From the NCBI RefSeq assembly GCF_032191835.1, contig NC_083233.1:47182001-47246000 (forward strand): a stretch of 64,000 nucleotides of DNA, read 5' to 3'. The position numbers and the translations under genes are program-made. How positions within the stretch are numbered: position 1 is the stretch's first letter; each line of letters begins with the position of its first letter. Positions 1 through 11,400 of this stretch are shown here, one piece after another. The notes under the pieces are model-generated. The model ran no database searches, had not been told where the DNA came from, and worked only from the letters and a program-made list of their open reading frames with translations. This stretch comes from Heteronotia binoei. Lineage: Eukaryota.

Positions 1-520
1 CACCCGCAACTGGGCTACAGTGATCCATGAAACAGTCACTTCCAGACTGGACTACTGTAACTCACTCTATGCATGCCTACCCTTGTATCTGACCTGGAAA
101 TTGCAGTTAGTGCAAAATGAGGCAGCGTGTGTGCTGATGGTAACATCCCTGCGGGTGCACATTTATCCTTTGCTCCATGAACTGCACTGGCTGCTGATAG
201 AATTCTACCTCCAGTTCAAGCTGTTGGTACAAACCTTCTAGGCTTTGGCCAGCCTGGGACCAACATTCCTGTGGGACCGTCTCTCCCCTTATGTGCCCTG
301 TCAAGCTTTGCGCTTACTGGTGACCCCTGACCCAAAAGACGTCCCCCTGGCCTCAACCAGGACATTTTTAACCTACCATTCAGATGGCCCTTTAGGAGTA
401 GTTTGAACTACTGCAAGGAGCAGCTGGTGGAATAAGCTCTCACTAGAGATCAGGGCCCTGTAGAACCTTTTACAGTTCCACAGGGCCTGTAAGAGCTATT
501 CCACCAGGCTTTTGGGTGAG
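1..520 (+). mobile_element. L2-clade LINE 3' fragment (degenerate RT C-terminus and tail)
   Basis: ORF 20..241 reads SRLDYCNSLYACLP...LQLVQNEAA...HIYPLLHELHWL...FKLLVQTF, the typical C-terminal motif string of L2-clade ORF2. It appears interrupted around 360-470 by an unrelated repeat. Boundaries are approximate. Confidence 0.75.
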
Positions 521-834
521 GAGGTGAACATCAAATAGTATCTGGCCCGTCCTGTTACCATCTGTTACTAGTCTTATACTGTCTTATTACCACAGAGTAA
601 AGCACATACAATCTTTTCTTTTAGTTTAATACCATTGGGACACCATGGAAATAGCATAAATAGTTCTGAATGCCATCCCATTATAGGTTAAAGTTTCATA
701 AACTGATTGATTTGTTTTAAACCTATGTTGTAACTGGCCCTGAGCCCATTCATGGGAAGGGCAGATAGAAATTGAATCAAAGAAAAAAAAATGAACAAGG
801 CAAATGGGTCAATACAACTTTACCATCAGTATTT

Positions 835-960
835 GCTAAGAGCATAAGGGAAGCCATGTTGGGTCAGGACAATGACACATCCAGTCCAATACTCTGTCAC
901 AGAGTGGCCAAAACCTTACTAGATGAAAATGGCAGTCTTCAAGAGGTCTGTAGGGTCCCT
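835..960 (-). mobile_element. CR1 LINE 3'-end fragment
   Basis: AGAGCATAAGGGAAGCCATGTTGGGTCAGG...CCAGTCCAATACTCTGTCACAGAGTGGCC closely matches the copy at 43516, which begins with CATAAGAA octamer repeats (reverse complement of a CR1 3' tail). Confidence 0.6.
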
Positions 961-974
961 GATCTGGATAGCTC

Positions 975-1112
975 TGATCAGGCAAGCCCAATCTTGTCAG
1001 ATCTCGGAAGCTAAGCAGGGCCAACCCTGGCAAGTACTTGGAAAGGAGACCTCCAAGGAATACGAGGGCTGGGATGCAGAGGCAGGAAATATCCAAGCCA
1101 CCTCTCTGAAAC
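975..1112 (+). mobile_element. 5S rRNA-derived SINE (SINE3 / 5S-Sauria-like)
   Basis: GCCCAATCTTGTCAGATCTCGGAAGCTAAGCAGGGCCAACCCTGGCAAGTACTTGGAAAGGAGACC is a diverged 5S rRNA A/C-box region followed by a non-5S body. Confidence 0.7.
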
Positions 1113-1115
1113 ATT

Positions 1116-1421
1116 CAGAGGTGGCCATACTTGCTTAACGTAGGAGCCACATAGAATAAATGGCAGATGTCCGAGAGCTGCAAGACATGAATGTCAGATG
1201 TTTGAGGGCAGGCAGGAAAGCAAATAGATAGGAGGGAGAGATGGAAAGAAAGCAACGATAAGTGCATTATCCAAGCCACCAGCTGGCTTGGCTTGGAGAA
1301 GTGATTTAAAGAGCAAATGCCTTCTCCAAGCCAGCAGAAAGGGCAATGAGAGCTTCAAGAGCCGCACAATATGCGTGAAAGAGCCAAATGTGGCTCCCGA
1401 GCCCCAGTTTGGCCAACCCAT
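1116..1421. mobile_element. Probable hAT-type non-autonomous DNA transposon (MITE)
   Basis: Imperfect terminal inverted repeats CAGAGGTGGCCATACT (1116) and AGTTTGGCCAACCC (~1406-1419). No clear TSD. Confidence 0.45.
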
Positions 1422-2233
1422 CCTAGCCCCACTGGGGGTTGCCTGAAGTCACCATGACTTCTGAACATGCAAGCGCGCGCACACACACACACAAACCTTT
1501 AAAAAGTGTGTAGGGGTGCCTGTATTTGAACCTACCATGTAAGTAGCCCTTTAAGAGTAGCTTGAACTACTGCAAGGAGCAGCTGATCATGCCTAACACC
1601 AGGTAATGAAAAGTTCCACCTGTGGATGTCTGGGTTTTCCCTTGGTAACTCAAAGAGCATCTCTTGGTCTGAGGTTAGGCTACTGAGGACAGAAATTGAC
1701 TGCTTCCATTCTTCCAGTACCCTGCAGACAGCATTGTTATGTAGTCATCAATCCCACAAGACTGGGCTGTGGGAGCAGAGTGCCATTCCTGGACCAATAC
1801 TTGATTAAATTTCCCCACCCTCATTTCTCCACAATAACTGGGATCAAGGCCAAGTTTTCCCCCATTTCCTCCACCTCTTTATAGCATCAGGAGCCTGAAG
1901 CAGAATGGAATAGCCATGCCCCACCCCTTTTACTTCCCCCAGGCTTCTTCCATTAGCTGCATATCCACCCCAGGGGGATGTTTGGCTCACCTCTACATTC
2001 TGGCACCTTCCTTATGTCGCAGGTGTTGTCTTCTTCCATCCTTTATTCATAGCCCTGTTACTCACAGTACTGCTCTCCCCTCTCCTTCCTTCAATTTGGG
2101 AACAAACCATTTAAGAGACAGTGGGAGAAAGCTGGTTGAATCTGCTAACCCCTGCTTGGCTTTAACTATCTTTCCATCCCATCCAGCCTGGAAATCCGCT
2201 TTGGACCCCTGCACTTTTACTGCCTTCACAGAG

Positions 2234-5200
2234 ATGCCTTCAGAACAAGCCAGAGTCCACCCAGTGGTGCAAATGCTTATTGATTTCACTGCAGGGGCTG
2301 CTGGTGAGTCTTAGTGGTGGGGGACTGGTAAATGGAGCACATTCTTTGATGGAGCTTATTAGAGACCAGGTCAGTCATGGTGGATTTGGAGACCTTGGGC
2401 ACTGACTGCAAGGTGACAGAAAGTATATAAGACTTGGGTAAGAATGCTGGAAGACTGAGTTCCAAAGTAGAGGATGGGGAGGGACTCTTGTGGGTCTGGG
2501 ATGAGTCGGCTGTCATTGACCTTTCATCTAACCAGGGTAACATTGTTGTCATCCTCTTTGCTCGAGTGGCTGAAAGAAGGCTCATTCCATGCTGGCTGTG
2601 ATCTGCGTTATTAAATGTGCTGCCTGCAACATGCTAGAGGTCAGCAACGGGCAGCCTTGGGCTAAAGCTTGCCTCCAGGTGTCAGCTCTGTAAGTGACAG
2701 AAGCAGAGAGACAGTAACAGTTTGTGACAACAGGATTTGCTGGCACCACCTCTGCTTATGTTCTCAAACTGGTTTTCTGGCCAAACTGATGGCTGACTAT
2801 CCCTTAAGTGTCCCTGTTCCCCAAATGCACCCATTCAGGAGAGGGTCAATCACAGTTGCTTATAAAATGGTCCATCATGTGGGGTGAGTGGAGAAGTCAG
2901 GGGTTCTCATTTTTTGGTGTTTTCTATCCAGTTATATTTCTGGTGGTAGATTTGGAAAGGTATGTATTGCAGTGGATTTTGGAAGCAAATGGCACTGACA
3001 GGGTTCCTTGCAGGAGGTGTAGCCTGTGTGGTAAGTGGGCAGCCCTTTGACACCATCAAGGTGAAGATGCAGACCTTTCCAGCCATGTACCGGGGCTTCT
3101 TCGACTGCTCAGTCAAGACTTACCAGCAGGAGGGCATGTATGGTCTCTACCAGGGTACCACCCCAGCATTACTGGCCAACATTGCTGAGAATGCGGTGCT
3201 GTTTGCCTGCTATGGGTTTTGCCAGCAGTTGGTGAGGCAGCTCTTTGGACTTGGCAACACTGTGGAGCTCAGGTAGGGAAGCTTCTTGCACATGAGCTTG
3301 GTAGCGCTGATGTAAAGTGGTCTTCACAGAACCCGAAGGGGAAATGGTCTGGTGGCGGTATCTCCAAGCACATCCTTCACAGTGCTGGCTCCTTTTGGCT
3401 GGCAAAAGACAGCCTGCAACAGGGATCTTAGGAGGCTCAAGGCTCTTGATTCAGAGCTGCTCTTAGTATGGACCAGGGGTGGGTTAGTTTAGCAACTGTT
3501 TTTCTCTTTTTGAGGATCTTTCTCCTATTACAGTGACTTGCACAGTGCGATTGCTGGCTCCTTCTCCTCCGTCTTCTCCTCCATGGTTCTATGCCCCACA
3601 GAGTTAGTGAAGTGCCGGATGCAAGCTCTCCATGAAATGAAAGTTACAGGACAGACAGCTCTTTCACAGCGCAGGTACTCAGAGACAAGTCACGGAGGTT
3701 CTATTTAGGCGCGGCAACTAAAAGTTGTCAATAGAATGTTCTTATATGAAGTTGTACAACTTTTAAGAGTCACCTTGTGACCTTCAATGCATCTTGTGTC
3801 GATGAGTTCCCCAAATAAATCTTTCATTGCAAGCAGAAGTGCTTCCTTTTTGTTTAAATTTGCATTCGATTTTGCTTTTTTCTTCCTCCACATTGTTCAT
3901 GAGTCACTGGATTCCCCTCATTTTTGCAGCTCTACGTGGACCGTGATTAAAGCCATCTTTCGATCAGAAGGTCCCCTAGGTTTCTTCCAAGGCTTAACCA
4001 GTACATGGCTGCGGGAGGTGCCTGGCTATTTCTTCTTCTTTGGGGGTTATGAAGTCAGTCGAAGCTTCTTTCTCCAGGCTGGACAATCAAAGGAGGAGTT
4101 GGGTAAGCAAGTCTGGCTGATGATTGCACCCTGGTTGCTGTTTTGTTCAGGAATTGGAGGAAGTTAGTTGGAAAGACACAAGGCTGGGCCAGGGGTTCTT
4201 ATTGGAAGAAATGCACTAAACCACAGAAACTGGGCTTCTGCTTGGAGAGTTGACAATGGTAGCTCTAAGAAAAGGGGGGAGGGTTGTAAGTGTTTTGCGG
4301 TTGCAACATGTAAGCAGGGAATAGACTGGACACTGAATTTAGCATTTGAGAATCTCAGCTCTAAGCACTGCCTCAAAAGCCAAGGCCAGGGTTGTATTTG
4401 AGTGTTTCTTTGGGAAGCTGCTATGCATGGTATGCTGGTCTGCGGATTTCCAGAAAGTTCTGAGAGCTAATCTGGCCCTTATGTGTGGTTAGTTGGTGCT
4501 GGGTAATGCTCTGAGGCTCCATTCTAACTTAGTTTTATTGCTCCCATGCCTGCTGCTTGCCTGCCTGCCTGGAAGTCTCAGCATTTTAGGAAGTGTATGA
4601 ACTCTGCTGACAGTTCCTGTCCCAATCAGAATATTAGATAACTTGGTCCATATAGGGACACTGATCTAGATGGGGAGCTGGCTACTTGCTTCTCAGTCTC
4701 AGCAAGAAGGTCCTATTGGGGTCTTTTGACCCAGGATCTTCAAGTGGAAGGTCTCCCTACCTCTGCTGCAAGCCCTTTGCCTCTAGTAGTTCCTTAGGAG
4801 TTGCCTGATCTTGTTATAGCCATGGTTTATTTTATTTATTTACTTTAAATTTCTATCTCGCCCTCTCTGCAAGCAGACTCAGAGCGGCTAACCACATTCA
4901 TATTTACAAGTTAAAACTAATAAAATATAGTTACAATCTAAAACCATTACGTGGTGCTGTACCACTGCAATATAAGCGAGTTCTTTTCTGATGGTGGTCA
5001 CATAGTAGCTCTATAATGATGTGGGGTAGCAGTCCTCTCCTGGCTAGATATCAAAGGCTTCAGCAAACAGTGGTTGTGATGCCACTGTTTGCTCAGCTTT
5101 CTCATCTGCCAACAATGGCTTGTTTCTAGATGAATGGTGACCAGTGTTCCCTCTAAGCTGAGTTAGTGTGAGCTAGCTCACAGTTTTTTGCCTCCAGCTC

Positions 5201-6903
5201 ACACATTTTTGTCTTAGTTCAGGAAAAATAGCCCCAAAGCAAACTAATTTAGGCAGTAGCTCACAACTTTAATGCCAATAGCTCATGAAGTAGAATTTTT
5301 GCTCACAAGACCCCATAGTTTAGAGGGAGTATTGATGGTGACCACCAGATTATAGCTTTATGGTTGCAGGTAACCCCTTGGGAAGCAATTGGTGAGCAGG
5401 GTCTTGGCACTCCCTTACCACTTTCCAACATACCTGCTCAGGTACAGCACTGAGGTCATGCTCCCGTGGCCACCTGACAGGGCAATACAATGGCTGTCTA
5501 CCCAAGGGGTTATGTGCATGTTTGATAAATACTTGTCTGTTCTTGGCTGAACCTGGTAACGCTGAGAACCACAGCTAGAACCCTGGTGTTCTGCCAATAC
5601 TTTCCTGCAAGGCTCACGACCTCTTACTGACATCTCTCTCCCTTGCTCTGCTCTTTTGCTTGGCCTTTCTGCAGTTCCACCTATAATACTGGGCCCTAGG
5701 AACCAGTAGGGAAGCCTGAAGACACTGGAAGGGTTCCACTCCAAGGCATTTCAAGCCTTGAGCATGTGCTTAGGGGACAGCCAAGCAAACTCTCACTTCT
5801 TCCTAATGTGGGGAACTAAGTACTGTTATGAGTCTGGAGCATTCTGTGAGGTCTGGGGATTTCCAGAAAGTTCTGAGAGTTGATCTGGCCCTTATGTGTG
5901 GCTGCAGCATCCATTTGACAACTGTTGATGACCAGCATGGACAACCTTGTTTTGTAGGAGCTCTCCCTGTCACAGTAAGTGGTGGAATTGGTGGCGCTGC
6001 CTTCTGGCTGGCTGTCTATCCCATTGATTCAGTGAAGTCTCGAATTCAGGTGCTATCTATGGCTGGGCGGCAAGACGGCTTTCTGCTTTCTTTCCTGCAT
6101 ATCTTACGGACTGAAGGCAAGTGTTATATATAAGCCTGGTCTCCTTTAATGCCAGCACGGTGCAGTGGTTAGTCTTGGACTGGGAATCTTGGAAACCCAG
6201 GTTCATATCCCTACTCTGCCATGGAAGCTTGCTGGGTGACACTGGATCAATCAGTTTTTCTCAAGATCACCTACATCACAGGGCTGGTGGAGGAGGGAAG
6301 AACAATGTTTCAGCCACTTTTGGTCCTCCTGGGAGATGAAAGTGGGGTATAAATATAAAAATAAATGATCAATGTTGTCTGTTTGGAGAGGAATGGGTTA
6401 TACCTGGGTCTGTGGATGCCAGTTTGGTGTAGTGGTTAAGTGCACGGACTCTAATCTAGAGAACTGGGTTTGATTTTGCTCTCCTCCACTTGCAGCTGCT
6501 GGAATGGCCTTGGGTCAGTCATAACTCTCGCAGGGCTGTCCTTGAAAGGGCACCTTCTAGGAAAGCTCTCTCAGCCCTACCCATCTCACAAGGTGTCTGT
6601 GGTGGTGGTCAGAGTTAAAGGAGATTGTAAGCTGCTCTGAGACTTTGAGATTCGGAGTGTAGGGCAGGGTATAAATCCAATATCATCGTCTTATTATTAT
6701 TCTCCTTTCTTCTTCTCTCTGAAGATTGCTCTCTTCTTCCTGGTCTTAATGATTTGCCTTGTATTTATGTTGCAGGCGTGATGGCTCTTTATTGTGGGCT
6801 CATGCCCACAGTGATCCGAGCATTGCCCTCCAACGGTGCCCTCTTCCTCGCCTATGAAATGACCCAGAAAAAGCTGACCAGCCTGGCCGAAAGGACAACC
6901 TGA
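2234..6903 (+). CDS. SLC25A15: Mitochondrial ornithine transporter 1-like (SLC25A15 family paralog), 309 aa
   Basis: Coding exons 2234-2303, 3014-3272, 3534-3674, 3930-4102, 5958-6116, 6776-6903 sum to 930 nt with consistent phases. Motifs: [81 protein letters not shown]. Intron 5 is GC-AG. An acceptor at 2230-2231 implies an upstream non-coding exon. The symbol gives the family assignment; this is probably a paralog rather than the strict ortholog. Confidence 0.93.
5142..5334. mobile_element. hAT-type MITE with an 8-bp TSD
   Basis: TIRs CAGTGTTCCCTCTAAGC and AGTTTAGAGGGAGTATTG. The identical 8-mer ATGGTGAC lies on both sides (5134-5141, 5335-5342). Confidence 0.85.
6153..6365 (+). mobile_element. 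tRNA-derived squamate SINE (Squam-like)
   Basis: tRNA-like head (GGTGCAGTGGTTAG...GGTTCATATCCC), body CATGGAAGCTTGCTGGGTGAC, and tail GGGGTATAAATATAAAAATAAA. Confidence 0.7.
6418..6700 (+). mobile_element. tRNA-derived squamate SINE (Squam3-like)
   Basis: Head GGTGTAGTGGTTAAG...GGGTTTGATT, body CTCTCAGCCCTACCCATCTCACAAGGTG, and tail GGGTATAAATCCAAT plus (TAT)n. Confidence 0.7.
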
Positions 6904-7289
6904 CAACAGTGTCTTGTCTCTGGAGTAAGGGACTCATGTGCAGGATGGAGCAGCACTTGAACTTCCCCCTTTTTAATGGGACTGCTTACAGCCAAGCCCT
7001 TTCAATGGATTCTCAGAGGATGTGCCAGGCCTGAGAGAGAGCGAGAACAGGCCCTTTTGGATTCCAGGGCATGTCAGTGGGGTGAAAGCCCAGAGTTCTC
7101 CTCTCTTGGCATATGTCCTGAAGACCTGCAGTAACAAAGACTCCCCCCCCGCCCCCCAGAACAGCAGGACTTATTGGGGGAGGTATGTGATGGAAAATGA
7201 CCAAAGGCATCCTTCTCCCATTGCCTTCCCTACCTCCATATCACATGGGTGACTGTCTTGAAAGAGTCTGACCTTCTTTTTTTTAGTAC

Positions 7290-7295
7290 AATAAA
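7290..7295 (+). terminator. Probable polyadenylation signal of the SLC25A15-like gene
   Basis: AATAAA about 390 nt after the stop codon, followed by GT-rich sequence. Confidence 0.55.
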
Positions 7296-8174
7296 AGTGT
7301 GTGTCTCAGCTGCTGGTCTATATCTAATATTTTTGTGCCACTGACAGAACGTGCCCCTGTGAAATGGGGACTAGCTCATTGCTTTCACTTTCTGTTCTCT
7401 CTCAAGTTCACACAGTGAACTGGGAAATGTATAGCTTTGTGTGGGTTCCTAGGAAACGCAGAAATAGATTTGGTTTCTGCAGTTGTGTTATATCTCTCTC
7501 CAGAACTTCTCCCTTAGAAGATTGTCTCCTTATGGTTAATGAACAAATTAGAACATTTCTGCCAGCCTCTGGATTCCCCAGTGTCCCTCTCCGACCACCT
7601 TTTGTTTGCCATTTGCCCCAATTCTGCTTGGTGATGTTTAGGTAGGGATGACTCCCCCTCCCCAAAATGCATGGGTTGTTTTCACTCACAGCTTGTTCTT
7701 GTGTCACTCATGCCCATTCCCACAGTTGGCTTGAAATGGCAGGAAGACTGAATCAAAAGGGTCTCTCTGGAATGGTGCTCAACTAGCAAGTCTGTGTGAT
7801 TCTGAAACATTTCCATATGTGGCAATTAAAGCTTTTAAGTCTCTTGCAAATGTTATGTAGGCACCTATAGGCCTACAGATAGGTAACACAGCCAACTAAC
7901 TGTCAATTTGAAGGCAGCTGCAGGAATGCCCCAAATGAGTTTAGAATAAGCTTTGTGATTTTATTTCATGCCAAAGTAAAAACAGCATCTTCTTCCTGTG
8001 CCCACTTGAAAAACAAAAAGCAGAATCAAATGCAGGCTTTAGCTGGTGATGCATTTGTAAAATAAAAATGTAAGCAAGGCAAAGCAACAACCACAAAAAC
8101 CCAGTCTCTGAATCATTAATGGAGAAAAGGGAAAAAAACAGATCCATTCTCAGTGTGCTTGCTACTCCATGTCA

Positions 8175-8309
8175 CACGTGGAGGGTGACCACGTGACATT
8201 CCTTCTCCCTGGGGGCAACCAGATGATTCTAGAAGGCCTAGCAGTTGCATGCCCATTTTTGGGTTAGGCTCCAGTTTCAAGCCCGCCCCTTGGCTGCTGC
8301 TAAAGATAG
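8175..8309 (+). promoter_or_regulatory. ITGB1BP2 proximal promoter with muscle-type motifs
   Basis: CACGTG E-boxes at 8175 and 8190, a perfect CArG box CCATTTTTGG at 8253-8262, a GC box at 8281-8289, and a near-MEF2 site CTAAAGATAG at 8300-8309. All lie 120-250 nt upstream of the ATG. Confidence 0.55.
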
Positions 8310-8425
8310 CCAAGCCTGATTTCTTGCACTGTCACGGAGAACTTTTGACTGACAGGGTTACCTGCCTGAAGTGAGGCCTATTCTGCTTGGGAACAGGAGC
8401 TGGCTTTGTGAGCACCATATCAGAG

Positions 8426-11400
8426 ATGGCTTTGCTGTGTTATAACAAGGGCTGTGGACAGAGGTTTGACCCAGAGAAGAACACCCAGGGTAAGCAGGGA
8501 CTAAGGCTGGGGAACGGCTGGTCTGTTTGGCAGGTCTCTGAACTCCCACAATGCCTTGCTGTGAATTTGCCGGGAATTACAATTTATTGTCAAGAAGTGT
8601 ACATGCTTGGATTACTGTTTCTAATACTTAAAGTGTGGCTGTTATGTGTAGCCATTTTTCTTCTTCTGATAGGTCTTCTGTGCCTTTAGTAATTGCATGT
8701 GTAGCAGATTCAGCAGGTACTGTGTCTTCCAACCTGCTGGGACATGCACTGAGATTACCCTGTCAAATTTCTGCCTGTCACACAGCAGTTAAAACAGCAG
8801 GAATTTGTGCTAAGGAAACCATAAAAGAGACAACTAATGCTTCTGCCAGGCTTTCCCAGAGGAAAATAGTTTTGTTACCCAGGTTCCAAATGTACACACT
8901 GCAACATCTGCTGATGCCCTAAGATAGGGTGATAATATCATCTGGTGCAGACAACAATGCCATAAGAGTAAGAAGTGCTTCTGAGCATCTGTAGAGTTTC
9001 TAGCATCGCAGAGGAACCAAAATTTCTAGCATCACAGTCGTCACACATCTGGGGGGGGGGGCAGGGGGTTCTCTCCAAGGCAGAAAATCTGCATTCCAGA
9101 AATGCTGGGAGTGTGTGGTCATGCACAAATTTCACCTGCAGTCGCTATAGCAAAGGTAGCAGAGGCAGTGTATGCTGTACAATATCTCAGATTTCAAAAT
9201 TCTGCTTTATTTTTTGCACTGGGGGGCATTTTTAGGTTTCTCTCTAGCATTGACATCTGGGGCTTCTGGAAGGCTGTGGATCTGCTGGCTGGCAAGTTGT
9301 GGCAGCTGCCTGTTTCACGCTTGGGGATTAGATAGACTGGGCGCTAAACATGAGCTTTTCAACTCTTCCCCCAACCCAAGGCATGTCAGCTTTGGAATGT
9401 CGCTTGCGCAAGAGATGAAGAGACACTTGAATGGGCTTTGATCCTCTTTGGCAGGTTCCTTACTCAAGTGAGGTGCTCAAAGTCTAACTGGCTCAGCTTT
9501 GCTCCAGACAGAGGAACTCCACATGGGCAGAGTCAGGACTTCTGCTCACAATAATTAATGCTTAAGTAGAAGGCTTTTCACTAAAAGCCATTGCAGTAAG
9601 GCTGATACCCATTTGTAAAGGTCCATATTTTTTTGGGAAAAAATCAAACACAAAAGAAAAAGCCCAAGAGCATCTAGAATGCAGACTGTGTTCTGGTTGT
9701 CAGCAGCTACAAGACCACCAAAAGTAGCTTACAGGACAGAGTATAACAAATGATGCAGAGATATGCAGGAATAGAGTCTCATTGGTGAACAAAGGGACAC
9801 TCTTTCCATGCTCAAAGCCACAAACTTAGCATGTTGCTGAAGCTGGCACATTCCCCTTTGAGCTGTCACATCAGTATGTAGATACTTGAAGCTGGCAGTG
9901 TTTTTTTTAGCATTTCAGGTAGAGGTCTTTCACATCACCTACTGTCACATCACCTACCCCTTTTACTGGGGACAGAGCCTGGAACCTTCATACAAAGCAG
10001 ATGGTCTACCACTCTTGAACATAGGGTTGTAGAGAGTAAATCGGGAGCAAGCATACAGCAGAAATGCAAACCAATGTGAAGTGTGGTTTCCTGGTTTCAG
10101 AGGTCCTTAGCTGGGAACTGTGGGAGTTAAATAAATTTGAAACTGGTTTAATATGCTGTGTAAGCAAAGAAGAAGAAACAGTTATGTAGGAAGATGCCAC
10201 CACTAATTGCTGCAGAGCCTGCCGCAGGAGGATTCTTCACCCTGAGCACTGCATATGGGTTTCAGTCCGCTTTTGGAAGCTTGAAGTTGGAGCTGGCTCT
10301 TTGTGCTTCCATTTCCAGCACTATGAATGAAAAGGAACCCTGGGTAGATGCGCCTCCAAGGCTGTAATCTGCCTGTCTCTGAGGCCTGGGATTTTTTCAT
10401 ACACTCTTTTAGTCTTTATCAGTGAGAAAAGCCAAGGGGCTAGTCTAGGTGGTGAGAATGACAGAGCTTTGCTGAAATTGCTGCTTCCCCTCTTTTGTCT
10501 TCTGCTCTTAGATTCCTGTCTCCATCACCCAGGCTTCCCTATCTTCCATGATGTCTTGAAGGTGAGTGGGCCTGTAAACTCCACTGAGGCTCTCTGAGCA
10601 GAATTTTCGGGGGGGGGGGGATGTGTAGGATTTAATGGATGCTGGGCTAGGGATAACTGTGAGAATTGAAAGGGAGGGATTGTAGTAGTGTCTGCACAAG
10701 GATGTCCAGCTAGGGTTTCTAGAGTAGCACACGAGGCTTGTCTTTCTAACTTCCCTAAAGGAGATTAAGACTAGTTGATTTAAAATGCAATGGATAACCA
10801 GTTTTACTTAGTATGTACTTATTGAGAACATGATCCAATTTAGATAAGTTTAAGTGTGAACTTACAATACTCATATCATATATTGATTACTTAGAATAAT
10901 TTGGATGCTGTTTTGAATTTATGGAAATACGTTATGGCCTTTTTCTTTTATGGTGAACGAAGCATAGATATGCAGAATGTACTTCTTTTCTGTTTATATA
11001 TTCACTGTTTTTCTTTATACCCTGTACCCTCTTTTTTCTCATTCTTATGAAAACTTAATACAACTTTAAAAACTGAAAACGTCTCTAGAGGAAAAGTAAG
11101 CACTGTCTGGCAAGGGGCTTTTTCAGGGGGAAAGCCGTGGGTAGGGAGTGTTTTTGTAGTAGCTTCTCCTTTGCTCCACAAAACACAGCCTGGTACCATT
11201 TGGAACGAGGTATTCGTAGCTGTCCTGAGCTGCTGGTATATTTCCCCAAAAGCACTTTCCCTGCTAGTCACCGGAAGAACATCTCCAGTCATCATTGGCG
11301 ACCATATTAGTGGTTTCAGTATTGAGGAATGGGATGCTCATGCTGAGTTGTTGTCTGTAGGGCTGGTCTTGTTGCAAGAAACGAACCACCGACTTCTCCG

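Noticed and set aside
975-1112. 5S rRNA gene (also 25041-25130)
   Set aside because: Partial and diverged, and continued by non-5S sequence. It is a 5S-derived SINE.
2234-6903. SLC25A2 assignment
   Set aside because: SLC25A2 is an intronless mammalian retrogene with Gln at position 179. This gene has five coding introns and Arg (LREV).
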